Shown: one piece after another, positions 26,001 to 38,800 of the stretch
How the letters are laid out: every line of letters starts with the position of its first letter
Position numbering within the stretch: the stretch's first letter is position 1
Assembly (NCBI RefSeq): GCF_036321535.1
Contig: NC_087436.1
Location: 3,410,001 to 3,474,000 of the forward strand
Source of the DNA: Camelus dromedarius
Lineage: Eukaryota
Direction: 5' to 3'
DNA: 64,000 bases
The notes under the pieces: generated by a model
Databases searched by the model: none
What the model was told of the DNA's origin: nothing
Seen by the model: the letters and a program-made list of their open reading frames with translations, nothing else
Program-made: the position numbers and the translations under genes

Positions 26001-29000
26001 GAGTTGGAGCTTGTACCTCCCCATATATATGTATGGAGTGGAGTTTGCAACTGAAATGAAACTTTGTGTTCCCAACAAGCTAGTTGAAGGACGGCTTTCA
26101 CACACACATTTCTCTCAGAACAGAGCATGTGGAGAGACGTTCGTTCATCTAGCACAAATGGAACGGGATGCTTTATAAACTTTTACTGGTTTCTCAGTCT
26201 GTTTCCTAGTGCCGGTTTGAAGTTCCTGCTGTTTTCACAGCAATACCGAGTTGGAGCTTGTACCTCCCCATATATATGTATGGAGTGGGGTTTGCAACTG
26301 AAAAGAATCTTTGTTTTCCCAACAAGCTATGTGAAGGACGGCTTTCTCACACACTTATCTCTCAGAACTGAGCATGTGGAGAGATTTTCGTTCATCTAGC
26401 ACAAAGGGAACGGGTTGCAGGAGAAACTTTTACTCTGGTTTCTCAGTCTGTTTCCTAGTGCCGGGTTGAAGTTCCTGCAGTTTTCTCTGTAACACCGAGT
26501 TGGAGCTAGTACCCTCCCATATATATGTATGGGGTGGAGTTGGCAACTGAAAAGAAAGTTTGTGTTCCCAACAAGCTAGGTGAAGGACGGCTTTCACACA
26601 CATTTATCACTCAGAACTGACCATGTGGAGAGACGTTCGTTCATCTAGCAAAAATGGAACGGGTTGTAGGAGAAAATTTTACTCTGGTTTCTCAGTCTGT
26701 TTCCTAGTGCCGATTTGAAGTTCCTGCAGTTTTCACTGTAAAACCGAGTTGGAGCTTGTTACTCCCCATATATATGTATGGAGTGGGGTTTGCAACTGAA
26801 AAAAAACTTTGTGTTTCCAAAAAGCTAGGTGAAGGACGGCGTTCACACACAATTATCTCTCAGAACTGAGCATGTGGAGAGACGTTAGTTCATCTAGCAC
26901 AAAGGGTACGGGTTGCAGGAGAAACTTTTACTCTGGTTTCTCAGTCTGTTTCCTAGTGCCGGTTTGAAGTTCCTGCAGTTTTCACTGTAAAACCGAGTTG
27001 GAGTTTGTACCTCACCATACATATGTATGGAGTGGATTTTGCAATTGAAAAGAAACTTTGTGTTCCCAACAATATAGGAGAAGGACGGCTTTAACACAAA
27101 CATATCTCTCAGAACTGAGCATGTGGAGAGACGTTCGTTCATCTAGCACAAAGGGAACGGGTTGCTTTAGAAACTTTTACTCTGGTTACTCAGTCTGTTT
27201 CCTAGTGCCGGGGTGAAGTTCCTGCAGTTTTCACAGCAATACCGAGTTGGAGCTAGTACGTCCCCATATATATGTATGGAGTGGAGTTTGCAACTGAAAA
27301 GAAACTTTGTGTTCCCAAGAAGCTAGTTGAAGGACGGCTTTCACACACACATTTCTCTCAGAACAGAGCATGTGTAGAGACGTTCGTTCATCTAGCACAA
27401 AGGGAACGGGTTGCTTTAGAAACTTTTACTCTGGTTTCTCAGTCTGTTTCCTAGTGCCGGTTTGAAGTTCCTGCAGTTTTCACTGTAAAACCGAGTTGGA
27501 GTTTGTACCTCACCATACATATGTATGGAGTGGATTTTGCAACTGAAAAGAAACTTTGTGTTCCCAACATGCTATGTGAAGGACGGCTTTCACACACACT
27601 TATCTCTCAGAACTGAGCATGTGGAGAGACTTTCGTTCATCTAGCAAAAAGGGAACGGGTTGCAGGAGAAACTTTTACTCTGGTTTCTCAGTCTGTTTCC
27701 TAGTGCCGGGTTGAAGTTCCTGCAGTTTTCACTGTAACACCGAGTTGGAGCTAGTACCCCCCCATATATATGTATGGAGTGGAGTTGGCAACTGAAAAGA
27801 AAGTTTGTGTTCCCATCAAGCTAGCTGAAGGACGGCTTTCACACACATTTATCACTCAGAACTGAGCAGGTGGAGAGACGTTCGTTCATCTAGCCAAAAG
27901 GGAACGGGTTGCAGGAGAAACTTTTACTCTGGTTTCTCAGTCTGTTTCCTAGTGCCGATTTGAAGTTCCTGCAGTTTTCACTGTAAAACCGAGTTGGAGC
28001 TTGTAACTCCCCATATATATGTATGGAGTGGGGTTTGGAACTGAAAAAAAACTTTGTGTTTCCAACAAGCTAGGTGAAGGTCGGCTTTCACACACAATTA
28101 TCTCTCTGAACTGAGCATGTGGAGAGACGTTCGTTCATCTAGCACAAAGGGTACGGGTTGCAGGAGAAACTCTTACACTGGTTTCTCAGTCTGTTTCCTA
28201 GTGCCGGTTTGAAGTTCCTGCAGTTTTCACTGTAAAACCGAGTTGGAGATTGTACCTCACCATACATATGTATGGAGTGGATTTTGCAACTGAAAAGAAA
28301 CTTTGTGTTCCCAACAAGTTAGGAGAAGGACGGCTTTAACACAAACTTATATCTCAGAACTGAGCATGTGGAGAGACGTTCGTTCATCTAGCACAAAGGG
28401 AACGGGTTGCTTTAGAAACTTTTACTCTGGATTCTCAGTCTGTTTCCTAGTGCCGGTTTGAAGTTCCTGCAGTTTTCACTGTAAAACCGAGTTGGAGCTA
28501 GTACGTCCCCATATATATGTATGGAGTGGAGTTTGCAACTGAAAAGAAACTTTGTATTCCCAAAAAGCTAGTTGAAGGACGGCTTTCACACACACATTTC
28601 TCTCAGAACAGAGCATGTGGAGAGACGTTCGTTCATCTAGCACAAAGGGTACGGGTTGCAGGAGAAACTCTTACACTGTTTTCTCAGTCTGTTTCCTAGT
28701 GCCGGTTTGAAGTTCCTGCTGTTTTCACTGTAAAACCGAGTTGGAGATTGTACCTCACCATACATATGTATGGAGTGGATTTTGCAACTGAAAAGAAACT
28801 TTGTGTTCCCAACAAGATAGGAGAAGGACGGCTTTTACACAAACTTATATCTCAGAACTGAGCATGTGGAGAGACGTTCGTTCATCTAGCAAAAAGGGAA
28901 CGGTTTGCTTTAGAAACTTTTACTCTGGTTTCTCAGTCTGTTTCCTAGTGCCGGTTTGAAGTTCCTGCAGTTTTCACAGCAATACCGAGTTGGAGTTTGT

Positions 29001-29862
29001 ACCTCCCCATATATATGTATGGATTGGAGTTTGTAACTGAAAAGAAACTTTGTGTTCCCAACAAGCTAGGTGAAGGACGGCTTTCACACACATTTATCTC
29101 TCAGAACTTAGCATGTGGAGAGACGTTCGTTCATCTACAACAAAGGGTACGGGTTGCAGGAGAAACTCTTACACTGGTTTCTCAGTCTGTTTCCTAGTGC
29201 CGGTTTGAAGTTCCTGCAGTTTTCACTGTAAAACCGAGTTGGAGATTGTACCTCACCATACATATGTATGGAGTGGATTTTGCAACTGAAAAGAAACTTT
29301 GTGTTCCCAACAAGATAGGAGAAGGACGGCTTTAACACAAACTTATATCTCAGAATTGAGCATGTGGAGAGACGTTCGTTCATCTAGCACAAAGGGAACG
29401 GGTTGCTTTAGAAACTTTTACTCTGGTTTCTCAGTCTGTTTCCTAGTGCCGGTTTGAAGTTCCTGCAGTTTTCACTGTAAAACCGAGTTGGAACTAGTAC
29501 TTCCCCATATATATGTATGGAGTGGAGTTTGCAACTGAAAAGAAACTTGTGTTCCCAACAAGCTATATGAAGGACGGCTTTCACACACACTTATCTCGCA
29601 GAACTGAGCATGTGGAGAGACGTTCGTTCATCTAGCAAAAAGGGAACGGTTTGCAGGTGAAAGTTTTCTCTGGTTTCTCAGTCTGTTTCCTAGAACCGGT
29701 TTGAAGTTCCTGCAGTTTTTACTGTAAAACCGAGTTGGAGCTTTTACCTCCCCATATATATGTATGGATTGGAGTTTGCAACTGAAAAGAAACTTGTGTT
29801 CCCAACAAGCTATATGAAGGACGGCTTTCACACACACTTATCTCTCAGAACTGAGCATGTGG
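19141..29862. repeat. Tandem duplication of a 22-monomer block (5472 bp); second copy lacks one monomer (5223 bp)
   Basis: The private variant GATGTTCG lies at 19171 and 24643 (offset 5472). ORF offsets are 5472 (19208, 19313, 20179) and then 5223 (20904 through 24405). The difference is 249. Confidence 0.92.
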
Positions 29863-32800
29863 ACAGACGTTCGTTCATATAGCACAAAGGGAACGGGTTG
29901 CAGGAGAAACTTTTAATCTGGTTTCTCAGTCTTTTTCCTAGTGCCGGTTTGAAGTTCCTACAGTTTTCACTGTAAAACCGAGTTGGAGCTAGTACGTCCC
30001 CATATATATGTATGGATTGGAGTTTGTAACTGAAAAGAAACTTCGTGTTCCCAACAACCTAGGTGAAGGACGGCTTTCACACACATTTATATCTCAGAAC
30101 TTAGCATGTGGAGAGACGTTCTTACATCTAGCAGAAAGGGAACGGGTTGCAGGAGAAACTTTTACTCTGGATTCTCAGTCTGTTTCCTAGTGCCGTTTTG
30201 AAGTTCCTGCACTTTTCACTGTAAAACCGAGTTGGAGCTAGTACCTCCCCATATATATGTATGGAGTTGAGTTTGCAACTGTAGAGAAACTTTGTGTTCC
30301 CAGCAAGCTAGGTGAAGGACGGCTTTCACACACACTTATCTCTCAGAACTGAGCATGTGGAGAGACGTTCGTTCATCTAGCAAAAAGGGAACGGTTTGCA
30401 GGAGAAAGTTTTCTCTGGTTTCTCATTCTGTTTCCTAGAACCGGTTTGAAGTTCCTGCAGTTTTTACTGTAAAACCGAGTTGGAGCTTTTACCTCCCCAT
30501 ATATATGTATGGATTGGAGTTTGCAACTGAAAAGAAACTTGTGTTCCCAACAAGCTAGGTGAAGGACGGCTTTCACACACACTTATCTCTCAGAACTTTG
30601 CATGTGGAGAGACGTTCGTTCATCTAGCAAAAAGGGAACGGTTTCCAGGAGAAACTTTTACTCTGGTTTCTCAGTCTGTTTCCTAGTGCCAGTTTAAAGT
30701 TCCTGCAGTTTTCACTGTAAAATCGAGTTGGAGCTAGTACCTCCCCATATATATGTATGGAGTGGAGTTTGCAAGTGAAAAGAAACTTTGTGTTCCCAAC
30801 AAGCTAGGTGAAGGACGGCTTTTCACACACTTAAATCCCAGAACTGAGCATGTGCAGAGACGTTCTTACATCTAGCAGAAAGGGAACGGGTTGCAGGAGA
30901 AACTTTTACTCTGGATTCTCAGTCTGTTTCCTAGTGCCGGTTTGAAGTTCCTGCAGTTTTCACTGTAAAACCGAGTTGGAGCTAGTACCTCCCCATATAT
31001 ATGTATGGAGTTGAGTTGGCAACTGAAGAGAAACTTTGTGTTCCCAGCAAGCTAGGTGAAGGACGGCTTTCATTCACACTTTCTCTAAGTACTGAGCATG
31101 TGGAGAGACGTTCGTTCATCTAGCAAAAGGGGAACGGGTTGCAGGAGAAATTTTACTCTGATTTCTCAGTCTGTTTCCTAGTGCCGGTATGAAGTTCCTG
31201 CACTTTTCACTGTAAAACCGAGTTGGAGCTTGTACCTCCCCATATATATGTATGGATTGGAGTTTGCAACTGAAAAAAACTTTGTGTTCCCAACAAGCTA
31301 GGTGAAGGACGGCTTTCACACACACTTATCTATCAGAACTGAGCATGTGGAGAGACGTTCGTTCATCTAGCAAAAAGGGAACGGTTTGCAGGAAAAACTT
31401 TTCTCTGGGTTCTCAGTCTGTTTCCTAGTGCCGGTTAGAAGTTCCTGCAGTTTTCACTGTAAAACCGAGTTGGAGCTTGTACATCCCCATATATATGTAT
31501 GGATTGGAGTTTGCAACTGAAAAGAAACTTGTGTTCCCAACAAGCAAGGAGAAGTACGGCTTTCACACACACTTATCTCTCAGAACTGAGCATGTGCAGA
31601 GACGTTCGTACATCTAGCAGAAAGGGAACGGTTTTCAGGAGAAACTTTTACTCTGGTTTCTCAGTCTGTTTCCTAGTGCCAGTTTAACATTCCTGCAGTT
31701 TTCACTGTAAAATCGAGTTGGAGCTAGTACCTCCCAATATATATGTATGGAGTGGAGTTTGCAAATGAAAAGAAACTTTGTGTTCCCAACAAGCTAGGTG
31801 AAGGACGGCTTTTCACACACTTAAATCCCAGAACTGAAAATGTGCAGAGACGTTCTTACATCTAGCAGTAAGGGAACGGGTTGCAGGAGAAACTTTTACT
31901 CTGTTTTCTCAGTCTGTTTCCTAGTGCCGGTTTGAAGTTCCTGCAGTTTTCACTGTAAAACCGAGTTGGAGCTTGTACCTCCCCATATATATGTATGGAT
32001 TGGAGATTGCAACTGAAAAAAACTTTGTGTTCCCAACAAGCTAGGTGAAGGACGGCTTTCAGACACACTTATCTCTCAGAACTGAGCATGTGGAGAAACG
32101 TTCGTTCATCTAGCAAAAAGGGAACGGTTTGCAGGAGAAAGTATTCTCTGGATTCTCAGTCTGTTTCCTAGTGCCGGTTAGAAGTTCCTGCAGTTTTCAC
32201 TGTAAAACCGAGTTGGAGCTTTTACCTCCCAATATATATGTATGGATTGGAGTTTGCAACTGAAAAGAAACTTGTGTTCCCAACAAGCTAGGTGAAGGAC
32301 GGCTTTCACACACACTTATCTCTCAGAACTGTGCATGTGGAGAGACGTTCGTTCATCTAGCAAAAATGGAACGGTTTTCAGGAGAAACTTTTACTCTGGT
32401 TTCTCAGTCTGTTTCCTAGTGCCAGTTTAAAGTTCCTGCAGTTTTCACTGTAAAATCGAGTTTGAGCTAGTACCTCCCCATATATATGTATGGAGTGGAG
32501 TTTGCAAGTGAAAAGAAACTTTGTGTTCCCAACAAGCTAGGTGAAGGACGGCTTTTCACACACTTAAATCCCAGAACTGAGCATGTGGAGAGAATTTCGT
32601 TCATCTAGCACAAATGGAACGGGTTGCAGGAAAAACTTTTACTCTGGTTTCTCAGTCTGTTTCCTAGTGCCGGTTTCAAGTTCCTGCAGTTTTCACTGTA
32701 AAACCGAGTTGGAGCTCGTACCTACCCATATATATATGGAGTGGAGTTTCAAGTTAAAAGGAACTATGTGTTCCAAACAATCTAGGTGAAGGACGGCTTT

Positions 32801-35800
32801 CACACTCAATTATCTCTCAGAAGTGAGCATGTGGAGAGACGTTCGTTCATCTACAACAAATGGTACGGGTTGCAGGAGATACTTTTACTCTGGTTTCTCA
32901 GTCTGTTTCCTAGTGCCGATTTGAAGTTCCTGCATTTTTCACTGTAAAACCTAGTTGGAGCTTGTACCTCCCCATACATATGTATGGATTGGATTTTGTA
33001 ACTGAAAAGAAACTTTGTGTTCCCAACAAGCTAGGTGAAGGACGGATTTAACACACACCTATATCTCAGAACTGAGCATGTGGAGAGACGTCGTTCATCT
33101 AGCACAAAGCGAACGGGTTGCTATAGAAACTTTTACTCTGGTTTCTCAGTCTGTTTCCTAGTGCCGGTTTGAAGTTCCTGCATTTTTCACTGTAAAACCG
33201 AGTTGGAGCTTGTACCTCCCCATATATATGTATGGATTGGAGTTTGCAACTGAAAAAAACTTTGTGTTCCCAACAAGCTAGGTGAAGGACGGCTTTCACA
33301 AACACTTATCTCTCAGAACTGAGCATGTGGAGAGACGTTCGTTCATCTAGCAAAAAGGGAACGGTTTGCAGGAGAAAGTTTTCTCTGGTTTCTCATTCTG
33401 TTTCCTAGAACCGGTTTGAAGTTCCTGCAGTTTTTACTGTAAAACCGAGTTGGAGCTTTTACCTCCCCATATATATGTATGGATTGGAGTTTGCAAATGA
33501 AAAGAAACTTGTGTTCCCAACAAGCTAGGTGAAGGACGGCTTTCACACACACTTATCTCTCAGAACTGTGCATGTGGAGAGACGTTCGTTCATCTAGCAA
33601 AAAGGGAACGGTTTTCAGGAGAAACTTTTACTCTGGTTTCTCAGCCTGTTTCCTAGTGCCAGTTTAAAATTCCTGCAGTTTTCACTGTAAAATCGAGTTG
33701 GAGCTAGTACCTCCCCATATATATGTATGGAGTGGAGTTTGCAAATGAAAAGAAACTTTGTGTTCCCAACAAGCTATGTGAAGGACGGCTTTTCACACAC
33801 TTAAATCCCAGAACTGAAAATGTGCAGAGACGTTCTTACATCTAGCAGTAAGGGAACGGGTTGCAGGAGAAACTTTTACTCTGGATTCTCAGTCTGTTTC
33901 CTAGTGACGGTTTGAAGTTCCTGCAGTTTTCACTGTAAAACCGAGTTGGAGCTAGTACCTCCCCATATATATGTATGGAGTTGAGTTTGCAACTGAAGAG
34001 AAACTTTGTGTTCCCAGCAAGCTAGGTGAAGGACGGCTTTCACACACACTTATCTCTCAGAACTGAGCATGTGGAGAGACGTTCGTTCATCTAGCAAAAT
34101 GGGAACGGGTTGCAGGAGAAACTTTTACTCTGGTTTCTCAGTCTGTTTCCTAGTGCCGGTTAGATGTTCCTGCAGTTTTCACTGTAAAACCGAGTTGGAG
34201 CTTTTACCTCCCCATATATATGTATGGATTGGAGTTTGCAACTGAAAAGAAACTTGTGTTCCCAACAAGCTAGGTGAAGGACGGCTTTCACACACACTTA
34301 TTTCTCAGAACTGTGCATGTGGAGAGACGTTCGTTCATCTAGCAAAAAGGGAACGGTTTTCAGGAGAAACTTTTACTCTGGTTTCTCAGTCTGTTTCCTA
34401 GTGCCAGTTTTAAGTTCCTGCAGTTTTCACTGTAAAATCGAGTTGGAGCTAGTACCTCCCCATATATATGTATGGAGTGGAGTTTGCAAGTGAAAAGAAA
34501 CTTTGTGTTCCCAACAAGCTAGGTGAAGGACGGCTTTTCACACACTTAAATCCCAGAACTGAGCATGTGCAGAGACGTTCTTACATCTAGCAGAAAGGGA
34601 ACGGGTTGCAGGAGAAACTTTTACTCTGGATTCTCAGTCTGTTTCCTAGTGCCGGTTTGAAGTTCCTGCAGTTTTCACTGTAAAACCGAGTTGGAGCTAG
34701 TACCTCCCCATATATATGTATGGAGTTGAGTTTGCAACTGAAGAGAAACTTTGTGTTCCCAGCCAGCTAGGTGAAGGACGGCTTTCACACACACTTATCT
34801 CTAAGAACTGAGCATGTGGAGAGACGTTCGTTCATCTAGCAAAATGGGAACGGGTTGCAGGAGAAATTTTACTCTGGTTTCACAGTCTGTTTCCTAGTGC
34901 CGGTTTGAAGTTCCTGCACTTTTCACTGTAAAACCGAGTTGGAGCTTGTACCTCCCCATATATATGTATGGATTGGAGTTTGCAACTGAAAAAAACTTTG
35001 TGTTCCCAACAAGCTAGGTGAAGGACGGCTTTCACACACACTTATCTCTCAGAACTGAGCATGTGGAGAGACGTTCGTTCATCTAGCAAAAAGGGAACGG
35101 TTTGCAGGAAAAACATTTCTCTGGGTTCTCAGTCTGTTTCCTAGTGCCGTTTAGAAGTTCCTGCAGTTTTCACTGTAAAACCGAGTTGGAGCTTGTACAT
35201 CCCCATATATATGTATGGATTGGAGTTTGCAACTGAAAAGAACCTTGTGTTCCCAACAAGCAAGGAGAAGGACGGCTTTCACACACACTTATCTCTCAGA
35301 ACTGAGCATGTGTAGAGACGTTCGTACATCTAGCAGAAAGGGAACGGTTTGCAGGAGAAACTTTTACTTTGGTTTCTCAGTCTGTTTCCTAGTGCCAGTT
35401 TAAAGTTCCTGCAGTTTTCACTGTAAAACCGTGTTGGAGATAGTACCACCCCATATATATGTATGGAGTTGAGTTTTCAACTGTAAAGAAACTTTCTGTT
35501 CACAACAAGCTAGGTGAAGGACGGATTTCACACACACTTTTCTGTCAGAATTGAGCATGTGGAGAGACGTTCGTTCATCTAGCACAAAGGGAACGGGTTG
35601 CAGGAAAAACTTTTACTCTGGTTTCTCAGTCTGTTTCCTAGTGCCGGTATAAAGTTCCTGCAGTTTTCACTGTAAAACCGAGTTGGAGCTTGTACCTCCC
35701 CATATATATTTATGGATTGGAGTTTGCAACTGAAAAGAAACTTTGTGTTCCCAACAAGCTAGTTGAAGGTCGGCTTTCACACACACTTATTTCTCAGAAC

Positions 35801-38800
35801 TGAGCATGTGGAGAGACGTTTGTTAATCTAGAAAAAGGGGAACGGGTTTCAAGAGAAACTTTTACTCTGGTTTCTCAGTCTGTTTCCTAGTGCCGGTTTA
35901 AATTTCCTGCAGTTTTCACTGTAAAATCGAGTTGGAGCTAGTACCTCCCCATATATATGTATGGAGTGGAGTTTGCAAATGAAAAGAAACTTTGTGTTCC
36001 CAACAAGCTAGGTGAAGAACGGCTTTTACACACACTTATCTCTCAGAACTGAGCATTGGAGAGACGTTCGTACATCTAGCAGAAAGGGAACGGTTTGCAG
36101 GGAAACTTTTATTTTGTATTCTCAATCTTTTTCTTAGTGTCTGTTTGATGTTCCTGCATTTTTCACTGTAAAACCGAGTTGGAGCTAGTACCTCCCCATA
36201 TATATGTATGGAGTGGAGTTTGAAACTGAAAAGAAACTTTTTGTTCCCAACAATCTAGGTGAAGTACGGCTTTCACACACACTTATCTCTCAGAACTGAG
36301 CATGTGGAGAGACTTTCGTTCATCTAGCACAAATGGAAAGGGTTGCAGGAGAAACTCTTTCTCTGGTTTCTCAGTCTGTTTCCTACAGCCGGGTTGAATT
36401 TCCTGCAGTTTTCACTGTAAAACCGAGTTGGAGCTAGTACCTCCCCATATATATGTATGGGGTGGTGTTTGAAACTGAAAAGAAACTTTGTGTTCCCAAC
36501 AAGCTAGGTGAAGGATGGCTTTCACACACACTTATCTCTCAGAACTGAGCATGTGGAGAGACTTTCGTTCATCTAGCACAAAGGGAACGGGTTGCAGGAG
36601 AAACTTTTTTCTGTTTTCTTAATCTTTTTCTTAGTGCCGTTTTGAAGTTCCTGCAGTTTTCACTGTAAAACAGGGCTGGGGCTAGTACCACCCCATAAAT
36701 ATGTATGGAGTGGAGTTTGCAACTGAAAAGAAAATTTGTGTTCCCTTCAAGCTAGGTGAAATATGGCTTTCACACACATTTATCTCTCAGAACGGAGCAT
36801 GTGGAGAGACTTTCGTTCATCTAGAACAAAGGGTACGGGTTGCAGGAGAAACTTTTACTCTGGTTTCTCAGTCTGTTTCCTAGTGCCGATTTGAAGTTCC
36901 TGCAGTTTTCACTGTAAAACCGAGTTGGAGCTTGTACCACCCCATACATATGTATGGATTGGATTTTGTAACTGAAAAGAAACTTTGTGTTCCCAACAAG
37001 CTAGTTGAAGGACGGCTTCAACACACACCTATTCTCAGAACTGAGCATGTGGAGAGAAGTCGTTCATCTAGCACAAAGGGAACGGGTTGCTATAGAAACT
37101 TTTACTCTGGTTTCTCAGTCTGTTTCCTAGTGCCGGTTTGAAGTTCCTGCAGTTTTCACAGCAATACCGAGTTGGAGCTTATACCTCTCCATATATATGT
37201 ATGGATCGGTGTTTGCAACTGAAAAGATACTTTGTGTTCCCAACAAGCTAGGTGAAGGACGGCTTTCACACACACTTATCTCTCAGAACTGGGCATGTGG
37301 AGAGACGTTCGTTCATCTAGCAAAAAGGGAACGGTTTGCAGGAAAAACTTTTCTCTGGTTTCTCAGTCTGTATCCTAGTACCGGTTAGAAGTTCCTGCAG
37401 TTTTCACTGTAAAACCGAGTTGGAGCTTCTACCTCCCCATATATATGTATGGATTGGAGTTTGCAACTGAAAAGAAACTTGTGTTCCCAACAAGCAAGTT
37501 GAAGGTCGGCTTTCACACAAACTTATCTCTCAGAACTGAGCATGTGGAGAGACGTTCGTACATCTAGCAAAAAGGGAACGGGTTTCAGTAGAAAATTTTA
37601 CTCTGGTTTCTCAGTCTGTTTCCTAGTGCCGGTTTCAAGTTCCTGCAGTTTTCACTGTAAAACCGATTTGGAGCTCGTACCTAACCGTATATATGTATGG
37701 AGTGGAGATTCAAGTTAAAAGAAACTTTGTGTTCCAAACAATCTAGGTGAAGGACGGCTTTCACACTCAATTATCTCTCAGAACTGAGCATGTGGAGAGA
37801 CATTCATTCATCTAGCAAAAAGGAACGGGTTGCAGGAGAAAATTTTACTCTGGATTCTCAGTCTGTTTCCTAGTGCCGGTTTGAAGTTCCTGCATTTTTC
37901 ACTGTAAAACCGAGTTGGAGCTAGTACTTCCCCATATATATGTATGGAGTGGAATTTGCAACTGAAAAGAAACTTTGTGTTCCCAACAAGTTAGGTGAAG
38001 TGCGGCTTTCACACACCCTTATCTCTCAGAAATGAGCATGTGGAGAGACGTTCATTCATCTTGCACAAAGGGAACGGGTTGCAGAACAAACTTTTACTCT
38101 GGATTCTCAGTCTGTTTCCTAGGGCCGGTTTGATGTTCCAGCAGTTTTTACTGTAAAATCGATTTGGAGCTAGTATCTCCCCTTATATATATATGGAGTG
38201 GAGTTTGCAAATGAAAAGAAACTTTGTGTTCCAACAAGCTAGGTGAAGGACGGCTTTCACACACACTTATCTCTCAGAACTGAGCATGTGGAGAGACGTT
38301 CGTTCATCTAGCAAAAAGGGAACGGGTTGCAGGAGTAACCTTTACTCTGGTTTCTCAGTCTGTTTCCTAGTGCCGATTTGAAGTTCCTGCAGTTTTCACT
38401 GTAAAACCGAGTTGGAGCTTGTACCTCCCCATATATATGTATGGAGTGGAGTTTGCAACTTAAAATAAACTTTGTGTTCCCAACAAGCTAGGTGAAATAC
38501 GGCTTCACACACATTTATCTCTCAGAACTGAGCATGTGGAGAGACGTTCGTTCATCTAGCACAATGGGAACGGGTTGCAGGAGAAACTTTTACTGTGGTT
38601 TCTCAGTCTGTTTCCTAGTGCCGATTTGAATTTCCTGCACTTTTCACTGTAAAACCGAGTTGGAGCTAGTACCTCCCCTTATATATGTATGGGGTGGTGT
38701 TTGAAACTGAAAAGAAACTTTGTGTTCCCAACAAGCTAGGTGAAGGACGGCTTTCACACAGATTTATCTCTCAGAACTGAGCATGTGGAGAGACTTTCGT

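Larger units (their letters stand above)
1..29860. repeat. Domain 1: HOR region built on a 6-monomer (~1.49 kb) unit A-F with 3-, 7-, 8-, 14-, 18- and 22-mer derivatives
   Basis: Six monomer types recur in order with diagnostic variants. A: AAAATGGAACGGGTTGTAGG and GGCGTTCAC. B: CTCACCATACATATG and ATAGGAGAAG. C: GGTTACTC, CCGGGGTG and CTATATGAAG. D: CCTACAG, TACGTCCCC and GAACAGAG. E: 2-bp deletion TTTTACTGG and GAATCTTTG. F: TCTCTGTAACACC and TTATCACTC. ORF offsets 2075->3568 and 2383->3876 are both 1493; 20179->21671 is 1492. Confidence 0.88.

Noticed and set aside
31023..31034. Hammerhead-ribozyme-like core CTGAAGA-GAAAC, as in newt satellite 2 or schistosome satellite repeats
   Set aside because: It is present only in a few variant monomers (the consensus is CTGAAAAGAAAC), there is no stem II between the two core motifs, and I found no supporting stems I and III.
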